Origin: a virus
Lineage: Duplodnaviria > Caudoviricetes
Reading direction: 5' to 3' (one strand)
IMG/VR virus record: IMGVR_UViG_3300021432_000013
Coordinates: 1-50,940 of that record
DNA length: 50,940 bases
Below the pieces are notes generated by a model. It was not told where the DNA came from. It ran no database searches and was given only the letters and a program-made list of their open reading frames with translations. Below, piece after piece: positions 26,885-35,445 of this stretch. A program made the translations under genes and the position numbers. The first letter of the stretch is position 1. Every line of letters begins with the position of its first letter.

Positions 26885-27489
26885 TCATTCGCCGAATAAG
26901 CGGCCGCTGTCGGCGCGCCACTATTCAGACTTGGACCACCACCACCATAACGCGAATACAGTGATGCACCGCCTTTCATCAAAGTGGACATGGCGCCTAT
27001 GTTGGAGGCATTGTTGACGGACTTCGCGCTAGTCAACGCCATCTGGCCACCCAGTTCGGTAGCGCTCGCCTGAAGATTCATTTGCCGTGCCTTGTCTGTT
27101 CCTTGATACAACGCCAGTGATTGACGATAAGCACTCTCGCCGGCAGTGCGGGCGATCAAATTGATGACGGTAGGATCTGATGCACCACCGCCAGATGCGC
27201 CGGCCACAGCCAAAGCATGCGATGTGATGTAATCTGTATTACGCTGGATATCGGCGGCTGACTGCTGCGATGCCGCAACCTGCTGACCGGCGTTCTGGCG
27301 TAATTGCTCAGCTTGGAACTGCGCCGCCTGCACGGAGGCTTGACCGCTGGCTAGATGGCTCATGCCGCCCATCTGCTGCCCAACAGAAGATAGCAGTGTA
27401 CCAGCGACTGACATAGCAGGCGAGGCAATCCCGGTGCCGCTGGCATCCCCCGACTGTGCCATATTGTTGAAGATATCCTCAAAACTCAT
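26869..27489 (-). CDS. Internal virion protein (gp14-like)
   Basis: Ala/Gly/Gln/Ser-rich, following the tail tubular protein B gene. Confidence 0.7.
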   Translation of the reverse strand: MSFEDIFNNMAQSGDASGTGIASPAMSVAGTLLSSVGQQMGGMSHLASGQASVQAAQFQAEQLRQNAGQQVAASQQSAADIQRNTDYITSHALAVAGASGGGASDPTVINLIARTAGESAYRQSLALYQGTDKARQMNLQASATELGGQMALTSAKSVNNASNIGAMSTLMKGGASLYSRYGGGGPSLNSGAPTAAAYSANDWLTS

Positions 27490-30188
27490 TTATATATCTC
27501 CGCATCAATGGTGGCAGCTAGGACGGTACATGGGCGCGGCGCCTGCGCTTGCAGACAAAGCCGCTGATCTGTTACCCATTCACCAGGAAATTCGATTGTA
27601 TTTTCGTCGTAGGAGGAGCGCATACCAGTATCGACAAGGGTTCCGTTCTCGATCATCGGCATGTCATCCATATAGGTAAATTCAGGACCGTATTTCAGAC
27701 CCTTGGGATGTACATCAGCCAGGATCAAGCCAAGATGATTAATCCGCTTCTGCATGTTCAATGGCGTATCGACGCCCTGCGCTGGCGTCCCGAGTTTGGC
27801 GCTTTTGAACTGTCCAGTGTATGGCAACCCGACCGTGACGTTAGAGGCGGGAGCGGCAAGCGTGATCTGGCCACCGGTGACGGTATAGCGCTGCATCCAC
27901 GGTGTTACCGTATCATCGGTGCCGACATCGAAGCCATCGGCCCACACAACAACCTGCTTACCTTCCAGATGCGATAGACCTGTGATATTCGGGTTTGGCA
28001 CGCCGGTATAGGTGGTGAATGAATCGGCTAGGTTGCACAGTTGTTTATCACCTCGGCAATCGATCTCCTGCGCCCATTTTTCCAGATAGCGCATGGTCGC
28101 GCCGTTGATAGTGCGTTTGACCACATAGTAGACCTGATCATCTAGATTGCCATTCAAGGCCGGCAGTGTCACCACATCCTCAATGATGCCATCCGTTTGC
28201 ACTTGTACCCAGGCTTGTACATCCTCGGTCGCATCGTTGACCATGACAATCGCTACCCCATCCGAACGCACGCAATGAATGCGGGTATCTGGCTGCCGGT
28301 GGCTATCCATGCGGGTGATGCCTGGTAGTCCCAATTCAGGAACAAGCGTCATCAAGTCGCTGGCGAGGTAGTCATAAGTTTGCAGGCTGAATGCCAGGCT
28401 GAACAGTTTCGCGCCGCTGCGATTTACAAACAGCCCATGCTGGTCTACCTTGATAGGCCGCACATTGCCTGATCCCTGCGTCGATGCCGCCTTTAGCATG
28501 AAATCAGTCGGCGTCAATGGCGTATCGAGCGAGGATGACCTGGCCGAGTATTCAGAGCCCTGAGCGCCAAGAATCATACGTTGCAGTGACAATATCCAAT
28601 TGATGGTATCTACCGGACCAGAGCCGATAGATCGTTGCAATGTGCCGGCATCGCCTAAAAATGTCGCATCAAAACTGTCGAACACATCAGATAATGAGCC
28701 GTAGATGTAGCCTTGCCCAGCCCACCACATACGGCCTTCGTGCAACGCAACACCAGTTGGCCAGCCGCGGCGATCTGACCATGATCCCTCTGCCCATGTA
28801 TTCGTCGGGGCAGTATCGCCGAAAGCTGTGACAACCTCGGCATTCACAGAAACTGGGCTGTTGTAATCCGTAATGCGCGCGACGCCGCTGATGCTGCCAG
28901 TAGAAATTGACAGCGAAACATCCACTTGCCCACTGGTATATTGCCCAGTCTTCACGCCAATGCGATAGTAAATCAGTTGATTGGACAACCCATCCTTGTA
29001 GGTTCCTGTAAATGGGGCGGCCCAAGAGACGCCAACAACATCATTCCACGGCCCGGCATTTGACCCGATAGAAGCTTGCAATTGTGCAGTTGCATTAAAT
29101 GTATTTGAGACTGTGATCAAAAATGTGCGTGTGTCGCCTACACCAATCACACGAATGGAGCTAGTGAATACATTGGCAGCGACGATGCTGGCCGAAACTT
29201 TTTGCGACGCTGAGGTAAGGCTAAAGAGCGCGCCCACATGCGTGCTTCGGAATATTGGATTCGATGCGGTAAGGATAACATTGCCCGTTGTGCCTCCGGA
29301 TGCGATCGTAGTAGGTGTCGTATTCTGTATCCGAAATGGCCCATCTGGCACAACGTAGAGCGCCACTGACCATGATCTAGGCGCCCGACGCTCAATACGG
29401 CGTTGCTGATAATTTGCACAGGCCGCGAAGATGATGTCGGCTGATTGGTCAATACGCACGCTGCCAATATCGCTTGCCTTCCATGGCGTGGGGATGACCA
29501 TATCGCCAGCCGGTTCAATATTGCAACCAGATACCCACACCACCGGTATTTGCCTACTCAGAAAACGTATCCAGAAATTACCAGTCGGAGTCAATGCAAG
29601 GGAGTGCGTTCCTGCTTGTAAAATAGCTTCGCGGACATAACCGTCATCGCCCTGCACACTCCCAACGCGTACAGTAACCGGGCCGCGTGCGATCGTAATC
29701 CGCAAGGCATGTTCTATATTTGGCGACAACACCGTCACTTGTTGGTCGCGCTGAGCGGCCGCCGTACCGTTGCTGGCCAGCTGCATGTAGTTCGGAGCGA
29801 CCCAGGACGACGTACCGCCAGCCTCATCGCTGAGAGTCCATCCTGATAAGTCCGTGGCAAATGTGCCATTGACAATTGAAGTGGCAACCGTAGGACGCTG
29901 AATCACCGCATCGTTGATCCATACGCGCATATTCTGGTCAGTCAACTCCAGCAACGCTGTATCTGTCGTGGAAAAGACAAATGGCAGAAACCGTGCAGAA
30001 AGACTGTTTCGCGTCGCCCCGATATATTGCAGACCAGGCCGTAGCGACATGGAACCAAGTACACGAGGCATCCAGTTGGTCATTACTTCAGCAGATAGAG
30101 CCAGCCGCTTGAGATCGATACGCGCTAACCCGAGGCGCGACACAAGCCCCCTGTTGAAGCTCAGTAGGGAAATTAGATTGCGACCCAT
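27486..30188 (-). CDS. Tail tubular protein B (nozzle)
   Basis: SFNRG..S...RID...N..P...G....RPG; GWP..V...EGR; 900 aa; synteny. Confidence 0.85.
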   Translation of the reverse strand: MGRNLISLLSFNRGLVSRLGLARIDLKRLALSAEVMTNWMPRVLGSMSLRPGLQYIGATRNSLSARFLPFVFSTTDTALLELTDQNMRVWINDAVIQRPTVATSIVNGTFATDLSGWTLSDEAGGTSSWVAPNYMQLASNGTAAAQRDQQVTVLSPNIEHALRITIARGPVTVRVGSVQGDDGYVREAILQAGTHSLALTPTGNFWIRFLSRQIPVVWVSGCNIEPAGDMVIPTPWKASDIGSVRIDQSADIIFAACANYQQRRIERRAPRSWSVALYVVPDGPFRIQNTTPTTIASGGTTGNVILTASNPIFRSTHVGALFSLTSASQKVSASIVAANVFTSSIRVIGVGDTRTFLITVSNTFNATAQLQASIGSNAGPWNDVVGVSWAAPFTGTYKDGLSNQLIYYRIGVKTGQYTSGQVDVSLSISTGSISGVARITDYNSPVSVNAEVVTAFGDTAPTNTWAEGSWSDRRGWPTGVALHEGRMWWAGQGYIYGSLSDVFDSFDATFLGDAGTLQRSIGSGPVDTINWILSLQRMILGAQGSEYSARSSSLDTPLTPTDFMLKAASTQGSGNVRPIKVDQHGLFVNRSGAKLFSLAFSLQTYDYLASDLMTLVPELGLPGITRMDSHRQPDTRIHCVRSDGVAIVMVNDATEDVQAWVQVQTDGIIEDVVTLPALNGNLDDQVYYVVKRTINGATMRYLEKWAQEIDCRGDKQLCNLADSFTTYTGVPNPNITGLSHLEGKQVVVWADGFDVGTDDTVTPWMQRYTVTGGQITLAAPASNVTVGLPYTGQFKSAKLGTPAQGVDTPLNMQKRINHLGLILADVHPKGLKYGPEFTYMDDMPMIENGTLVDTGMRSSYDENTIEFPGEWVTDQRLCLQAQAPRPCTVLAATIDAEIYK

Positions 30189-30189
30189 A

Positions 30190-30840
30190 TCAGCCGATCA
30201 GGTTGCCGCTGCCGCCACGATTGCCGCCATCGCGGTTGCTATTCCAGCGCATGCGAGACTTTGACCAGTTGCCTTGCGCACTGAACTGGGTCGGCTGCGT
30301 CATAGCACATTTTCCTTTCGCTTCTTTCAGCAACCGCTCGCGCAGTTTCATCATGCTCATTTCATTTTCACTGCTGTTGGACAGCTTTAGGATGATGCGG
30401 CTGGCGAAGTGAGCAGCGACGAACTCCCGGAATGAATCAGGCCAGCCGCCCAGGTTCATTCCATAGTTACTGTCGGTTGACACGTAGCGCACATAGATCG
30501 TGTCTAACGTGCTGTACCAATAACCGGCCTCATCCACATATTGTGTGAGTGGCACGCGGAAGAATTCATCATTGCACACTGAACAGGTTTCGACCCAATC
30601 AGCGGGCTTCTGAAAAGCGCGATTGTAGCCGTAGGTAGGCTGAATCGATGGGTCATAATCGATCTGGATGGTGCGCATGGCAAAGAACCACTGACCCTCT
30701 TCCAGACAGGCCTTGACACCACCCGAAGCCCATACTTGATCTAGCAGACGACGCGGCTCCCTCTGCTCTGTCAACGAAGCAAGGAATCTTTCCCCGACTA
30801 GGAGGAGCGCGTCGTTATACAACGAGAGCTGCGTCGTCAT
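30190..30840 (-). CDS. Tail tubular protein A (adaptor)
   Basis: N.AL..VGE, W.FA, Y...FQ.PAD, YV......WP.SF. Confidence 0.8.
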   Translation of the reverse strand: MTTQLSLYNDALLLVGERFLASLTEQREPRRLLDQVWASGGVKACLEEGQWFFAMRTIQIDYDPSIQPTYGYNRAFQKPADWVETCSVCNDEFFRVPLTQYVDEAGYWYSTLDTIYVRYVSTDSNYGMNLGGWPDSFREFVAAHFASRIILKLSNSSENEMSMMKLRERLLKEAKGKCAMTQPTQFSAQGNWSKSRMRWNSNRDGGNRGGSGNLIG

Positions 30841-30841
30841 T

Positions 30842-31285
30842 TCAGGCCGCTACTTTTTCATGTTCGCGCAACCAGGCGGCAGCCTCAGTCTTATCGAGGC
30901 AACCGGTCTTTATCTTTTCGCCATCGGACACCCGGATGACAGACCATTTGAATTGTGGCCCCTTGAACGCGACATCATACTTTTCGCTCGCGACTTCGAC
31001 AGTCGCAGCCTTACTAAGATCATGGAATGCCAGCGGAAATACCTTAGCCCAGTTGCGATCACAGGAGATAACCAGCAGTTCAGCTACCCACTCGCCATTA
31101 TCGATGCGCACTTCGATGTGGTCATACGGCTTCATTTGCGCAGACATATGCGCCCAGAATCCAGGGTCTTGAAGATCCTCTGGCGTGGTACCTTCTTCGG
31201 CATTGACGATCCAGTCCTGGCGCTCGTACTCAGCCAGCCGCATGCGCTGCGGATTCAGAATCAACGCCCGTTTTACTTGTTCCAT
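30842..31285 (-). CDS. Hypothetical virion-module protein
   Basis: GAGGAGG RBS; lies between the decoration-like gene and the tail adaptor. Confidence 0.65.
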   Translation of the reverse strand: MEQVKRALILNPQRMRLAEYERQDWIVNAEEGTTPEDLQDPGFWAHMSAQMKPYDHIEVRIDNGEWVAELLVISCDRNWAKVFPLAFHDLSKAATVEVASEKYDVAFKGPQFKWSVIRVSDGEKIKTGCLDKTEAAAWLREHEKVAA

Positions 31286-31335
31286 CTGCTACCTCCTCAG
31301 GTATAGGGATAGCGAGGCCGAAGCCCCGCCAGTTG

Positions 31336-31653
31336 TTACGATGTCAGGCTGGTCAGAGTGACGCCCGATGTGGACGACGCACCGATTACGCCCATGTATG
31401 GCAATGGTGATGTAGAGCCGACGCTGGTTTGATACACGACGAACACGATATCGCCGACCTTCATACCGAGCTGAACGCCATCGGAAAAGAAGTTCGCGGT
31501 CGTGACTTCGGTGGCCGAATTGGTCGAGCAATACGACCAGATCGCCGTACCTGGGCAGATGCGGTTAGCTGCACCGCCCAGAGTGTTCAGAAGTTCAAAA
31601 GGAGGGTTTGCCACGCTCGAAAGCTGTGTGGTCCCCAGGTAAGAAGCTGCCAT
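31336..31653 (-). CDS. Putative capsid decoration/cement protein, Ser/Thr-rich
   Basis: Small beta-rich protein after the capsid gene; NFFSD...MKVGDIV motif; about a quarter Ser+Thr. Confidence 0.6.
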   Translation of the reverse strand: MAASYLGTTQLSSVANPPFELLNTLGGAANRICPGTAIWSYCSTNSATEVTTANFFSDGVQLGMKVGDIVFVVYQTSVGSTSPLPYMGVIGASSTSGVTLTSLTS

Positions 31654-31656
31654 GAT

Positions 31657-32256
31657 TTAATACTCCTTATAACTATTTGATTTGGATTGATTTGCGTATG
31701 CAGTAAGAATTTGAAGGTTATTGTGGACATGCAAGCCACAGACTGTTTTTCCTTGAAGCGGAATAACATGATCCACGTGATACCACTCGCCGAGCAACAT
31801 GCTCAGTCCGTTCGCTGTCTCATAATATTCATCGATCTTGGCCTGGTCAGCCCATGCAGGAGTGGCGTTGAGACGCTTGGCGCGATATGCGGAGGTTTTC
31901 GCGGCACCCTTCGCAGGGTTTGCTTTTGCCCAAGCGCTCTTCGCAGCGCGCGTTTTCTCCAGATTGGCTTCGCGATATTTGCGTGCTCTCGCCGTTGCAG
32001 CTGGACGATTTCTCTTTTGCTCGGCGCTTTTCAGTGCCTTCACTTTATCGAGATTCGCATTGACCCAATTTCGTTTTTGCGCATTTCGCTTTTCTGGATT
32101 GCTACTATTCCATGCCTGCTTGCGAGTGCTCGCGCAAGCAGCGCATGCACGAGTGCTTACAAGGCGTTCAGAGGTATGACCATAAGGACATGGTTTCCCT
32201 GTAAAGTACCTTGTAACACCTGATGCAAGAGCCACTTTGCGAGACAATAAATTCAC
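31657..32256 (-). CDS. Free-standing HNH homing endonuclease
   Basis: RYFTGKPCPYGH..ER....CAAC; TPAWAD; YHVDHVIPLQG..VCGLHV.NNLQIL...N.SKSN. Confidence 0.88.
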   Translation of the reverse strand: MNLLSRKVALASGVTRYFTGKPCPYGHTSERLVSTRACAACASTRKQAWNSSNPEKRNAQKRNWVNANLDKVKALKSAEQKRNRPAATARARKYREANLEKTRAAKSAWAKANPAKGAAKTSAYRAKRLNATPAWADQAKIDEYYETANGLSMLLGEWYHVDHVIPLQGKTVCGLHVHNNLQILTAYANQSKSNSYKEY

Positions 32257-32280
32257 AATATTTCCTTTAAAATCAATTAC

Positions 32281-33132
32281 TTAAGCATATGCGCTTCCAT
32301 CGTGCGTACAAACAACGACACCTGTATTTTGTAACAACTTGGCGCCCATGAAAGCCGACGCACGCGCCCACGAATAATCCTGTTCCAGATCCACGCCGAC
32401 TGGGGATTGCATACCGGCGGTATCCATCGCATGACCGATTGCTGCCTTGTGATACAGGAACGACTTCTCGCTCGATGTGCCTTTACCTGGCAGGTTAGGA
32501 TGTTCGACGATCAGGCAATTTCTCCAGCGATAGGCCATAGGCTTATCTTTCCAGCTTGGATTTTCCTGGCCGGCGAATGGGCGTACATCGACGTATTGCG
32601 CATTGGCGAACTCAGTAGCTTGCTCCAGATACGCCAAGAAAGACGGCTGGCACAACAGCGTGATGTTCGAATCCCAAGGGATCGACGCATTCGACAGTTT
32701 GACGCGACCATTCTGGAACAGTGAGACGTTCGGGATGGTGCCGGTGGCGCCGATCGCGATGGTGCCATTGTTCAGCTCGTTGATGATCAGCGTGTCGATC
32801 TGGCGATTCAAGACTGCCATCGTAGTCATCTGCATAACCGAGCGCTGATTGCCTTGCGACGCAAACACATTGAAACCGGTTTTGCGAACCAGATCATGCC
32901 ATTCAGTTAGGGTGCAGGTGTTTTGGGTATTGGAGTCGGCTCGTGCAGGGATGCGGCCATTGATACCGCGAGTAACCGCAGTAGCAGCGCCAGAACCGGC
33001 AACGAGGAAGACCGCTTGTTGACCCTTGATTACGGCTTCGGTCGTGACCGTTTCGCGCAAAAGGGATTGATGTTGTTCGAAGGCTTGAATAAATTCTTGC
33101 CTATATTGAATCTGGAAGGCCGTGTCGCTCAA
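32281..33132 (-). CDS. Major capsid protein
   Basis: AF..QY..EF...F.Q..S.LR..V N-terminus; follows the scaffold gene; TTG start after AGGAGA. Confidence 0.85.
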   Translation of the reverse strand: MSDTAFQIQYRQEFIQAFEQHQSLLRETVTTEAVIKGQQAVFLVAGSGAATAVTRGINGRIPARADSNTQNTCTLTEWHDLVRKTGFNVFASQGNQRSVMQMTTMAVLNRQIDTLIINELNNGTIAIGATGTIPNVSLFQNGRVKLSNASIPWDSNITLLCQPSFLAYLEQATEFANAQYVDVRPFAGQENPSWKDKPMAYRWRNCLIVEHPNLPGKGTSSEKSFLYHKAAIGHAMDTAGMQSPVGVDLEQDYSWARASAFMGAKLLQNTGVVVCTHDGSAYA

Positions 33133-33144
33133 GATACTCTCCTA

Positions 33145-33288
33145 AAAAAACGATGGGATTTAACCGTCGCTTGGGGTATCCATGAGTGGCATTTTCCAGG
33201 GTGGCCTTGCGGCGCTGGAAGCCCGCCATTGTGTGGGGCCTCGCTACTGGTGCTATTGCTTACAGACCACTTTCGTGACCTGCAAGCA
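33145..33288 (-). promoter_or_regulatory. Structured 5' leader of the capsid gene
   Basis: 13-bp GAAA-tetraloop hairpin with three G-U pairs; nested TGGC/TTCCAG/GCC-GCAA-GGC stem; upstream TAGACA-N16-TATAAT. Confidence 0.55.
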
Positions 33289-33319
33289 TTATATATCACA
33301 CATTACTGATGTCTAGCTA

Positions 33320-34288
33320 TTATTTGCGGTTTTTCATCGATTCCTTGGCAGTTAATAGCTCACGGTAACGTGACTGCATAGTTTCATCCTTGTTGTACGC
33401 CGCCCGGTTCTCGCGCATGGTCTTTTCAATCTTGCCGATTTCGTCGTCAACAGACTGCATGATGTTGCCGCCGCTGTTCGGTACGACAGTACCGGCCGGG
33501 TTATCAACCAACGCCAGGCTCAACAGGAACTTGAGTGCCGCTGGAGAACTACCGATCGGCGTCCCATCTGCTAATCGCCCTCCCAGAAAACTCTCTTTTA
33601 GCTCGGCATCGGCGCTCTTATCCAGCAAGCCATGAATCAGATTTATATCGCGCCGGAATTCTGGCCCCCATTCAGCGCGCAGTGTTTCCTCAGCGGCTAG
33701 TTGTGCCTGTTGATCACGCTGCGTGCGCTGCTCATTGATGTGCATGTTGACATCGTAATAAGCCTTGACTGCGGCCTTGACTTGATCCGGCGTCTGGTTT
33801 GTCAGATGGGCAGCCTTCAGGAATTCATCGACCAGCGGCTTGTCTTCTGCGCTTATTTGGAAATCCTTGCCAAGATCGTACTTGTCTGGGCTTTCCGGAA
33901 TACCTTGTTCAGCGCGCCAAGCCTTGATCTCTTCGGCAGACGCATCCTTGCCGAGGACTGGCTTGAGTTCTCCAGAGCTGATACGGTTCTGCGCGGCGAT
34001 CAAAGCCGTGAGTGCTGCATCCGGATTTGCGTAACGGCTGAATCGAGCAGCTAACTTGGCATCGCCCTTGGAAGCTTTCTCGCGCCAGTCGTCAGGCCAG
34101 TAACCGCCTTCGGTGCCTTTGACTGCGGGTGGCGTTGCTGGCGGTGTGGCTGGAGGAGTATCACCTGCCGGCGGCGCTGCTGGGGCCGCAGGCGTTGCGG
34201 CTGGGGGCGTCTCTGGTGCGCCGCCATTCTCACCGCCATCGCCGTCATTCGGTGCATGCAATGCAAATTTCATCCAATTACGATTCAT
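33320..34288 (-). CDS. Capsid scaffolding/assembly protein
   Basis: Pro/Ala-rich N-terminus, GIPESPDKY, LRAEWG; lies between portal and capsid. Confidence 0.8.
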   Translation of the reverse strand: MNRNWMKFALHAPNDGDGGENGGAPETPPAATPAAPAAPPAGDTPPATPPATPPAVKGTEGGYWPDDWREKASKGDAKLAARFSRYANPDAALTALIAAQNRISSGELKPVLGKDASAEEIKAWRAEQGIPESPDKYDLGKDFQISAEDKPLVDEFLKAAHLTNQTPDQVKAAVKAYYDVNMHINEQRTQRDQQAQLAAEETLRAEWGPEFRRDINLIHGLLDKSADAELKESFLGGRLADGTPIGSSPAALKFLLSLALVDNPAGTVVPNSGGNIMQSVDDEIGKIEKTMRENRAAYNKDETMQSRYRELLTAKESMKNRK

Positions 34289-34304
34289 TACTCGCTCCTC
34301 AGCG

Positions 34305-34853
34305 TTAAATTAAAAAGCCTCTTTCCTGCATAAAATCTACTGGGTGCTTTGCATGCTTCTGCAAATTACACTTGGGCGTTAATAACTGCATATTGTCATC
34401 CGTGTTACTGCCACCTAAAGCCAGTGGCATTCGGTGATCAAGGTGGTATTTATTGCCCAATTTAGCCCCGCAACAAGCGCACTTTCCTTTTTGAAGAGCA
34501 TAGAGCCTTTCCGGTAAATTACTTGAAAGCTTGCCTGGATATTTTCGCTTTAATGCACGGCGGTTATTTTCATACGTCCTATATTTATCTGTGTTCGTCA
34601 AATAATAATTAGCCTGATAGGCGGTTACAGACTCTTTGTTTTTAGTCTTCCATTCTGCTTGAGCTGCCGCAATTGCGGCCTTGTGTTTAGCTCGATACTT
34701 AGCTTTATATTTTGGATCACTGGGACTGTTGCACTGCAAGCATTGGCCGCTGCTTGTGCGTCTCGCGGCAATATGCCCGTGCTTGCATGGCTTTCCCGTG
34801 AAATAATGGCGCGCTCCAAGAGCCTTCGCCGCCTTGCGGAGAATAATTTCCAT
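34305..34853 (-). CDS. Free-standing HNH homing endonuclease
   Basis: Likely start MEIILRK; HYFTGKPCKHGH...CLQC; CACC...HLDHRMPLALGG....NMQLL...CN.QK. Confidence 0.88.
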   Translation of the reverse strand: MEIILRKAAKALGARHYFTGKPCKHGHIAARRTSSGQCLQCNSPSDPKYKAKYRAKHKAAIAAAQAEWKTKNKESVTAYQANYYLTNTDKYRTYENNRRALKRKYPGKLSSNLPERLYALQKGKCACCGAKLGNKYHLDHRMPLALGGSNTDDNMQLLTPKCNLQKHAKHPVDFMQERGFLI

Positions 34854-34948
34854 CTGATACCCCTTACGGTAATTTGAAGTGAGCCAGTAATCCAACTGTA
34901 AGGAGTTGGAAACGGTTGCAACCGCTGTCCTGGCCCGTTCATTATAAG

Positions 34949-35224
34949 TTAATCTCCTTCACGTAATGCGGATAGATTCAACTTCGATAGCTTGATAACT
35001 TGCTGCCCCACGAATCCACGTCCGAGCGCAAATGCGGTGTCTCGTTCGCTGGGGTAATACTGAAACTCATACGTGCCGGCCGCCTGTTCGATGATCCACT
35101 TTAGGACACGCTGCTGTTGGAAAGCATCTGCCTCTCCGCGCATGAGCGCCTGAATTGCAGACGCATCAGCGATATCGTAGGCCGCTGGCGCATACGGGAT
35201 ATGAGCGCGTTTGTTGGTCGCCAT
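34949..35224 (-). CDS. Conserved podovirus protein downstream of the portal (Bbp19-like)
   Basis: QQRVLKWIIE...ERDTAFALGRGFVGQQV. Confidence 0.65.
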   Translation of the reverse strand: MATNKRAHIPYAPAAYDIADASAIQALMRGEADAFQQQRVLKWIIEQAAGTYEFQYYPSERDTAFALGRGFVGQQVIKLSKLNLSALREGD

Positions 35225-35445
35225 TAATCCCACCCATCTATGATTAGCGTTTTTGCCAACTCGACTGCGCCAAGAAATTGAAGTCGGTTCATTGCATCTG
35301 ACTTTTGCGCCCAGATACGCCCATCTTTACGAATTCCAATAACCAAAACGCATTCAAAGCCCTTGTCTAAAGCTAGCGTGAGGGTATCTTTTGCATCATC
35401 AAGGCAATGCTGCCTATCTGTCTGAAGTACTGTGATAGATCCCAT
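35224..35445 (-). CDS. Hypothetical protein
   Basis: Abuts the portal stop; VLVIG...G...LGAVELAK. Confidence 0.6.
   Translation of the reverse strand: MGSITVLQTDRQHCLDDAKDTLTLALDKGFECVLVIGIRKDGRIWAQKSDAMNRLQFLGAVELAKTLIIDGWD

Noticed and set aside
31312-31329. UUCG hairpin after the decoration gene as an intrinsic terminator
   Set aside because: The stem is stable but there is no U tract; more likely a stabilising or processing hairpin.
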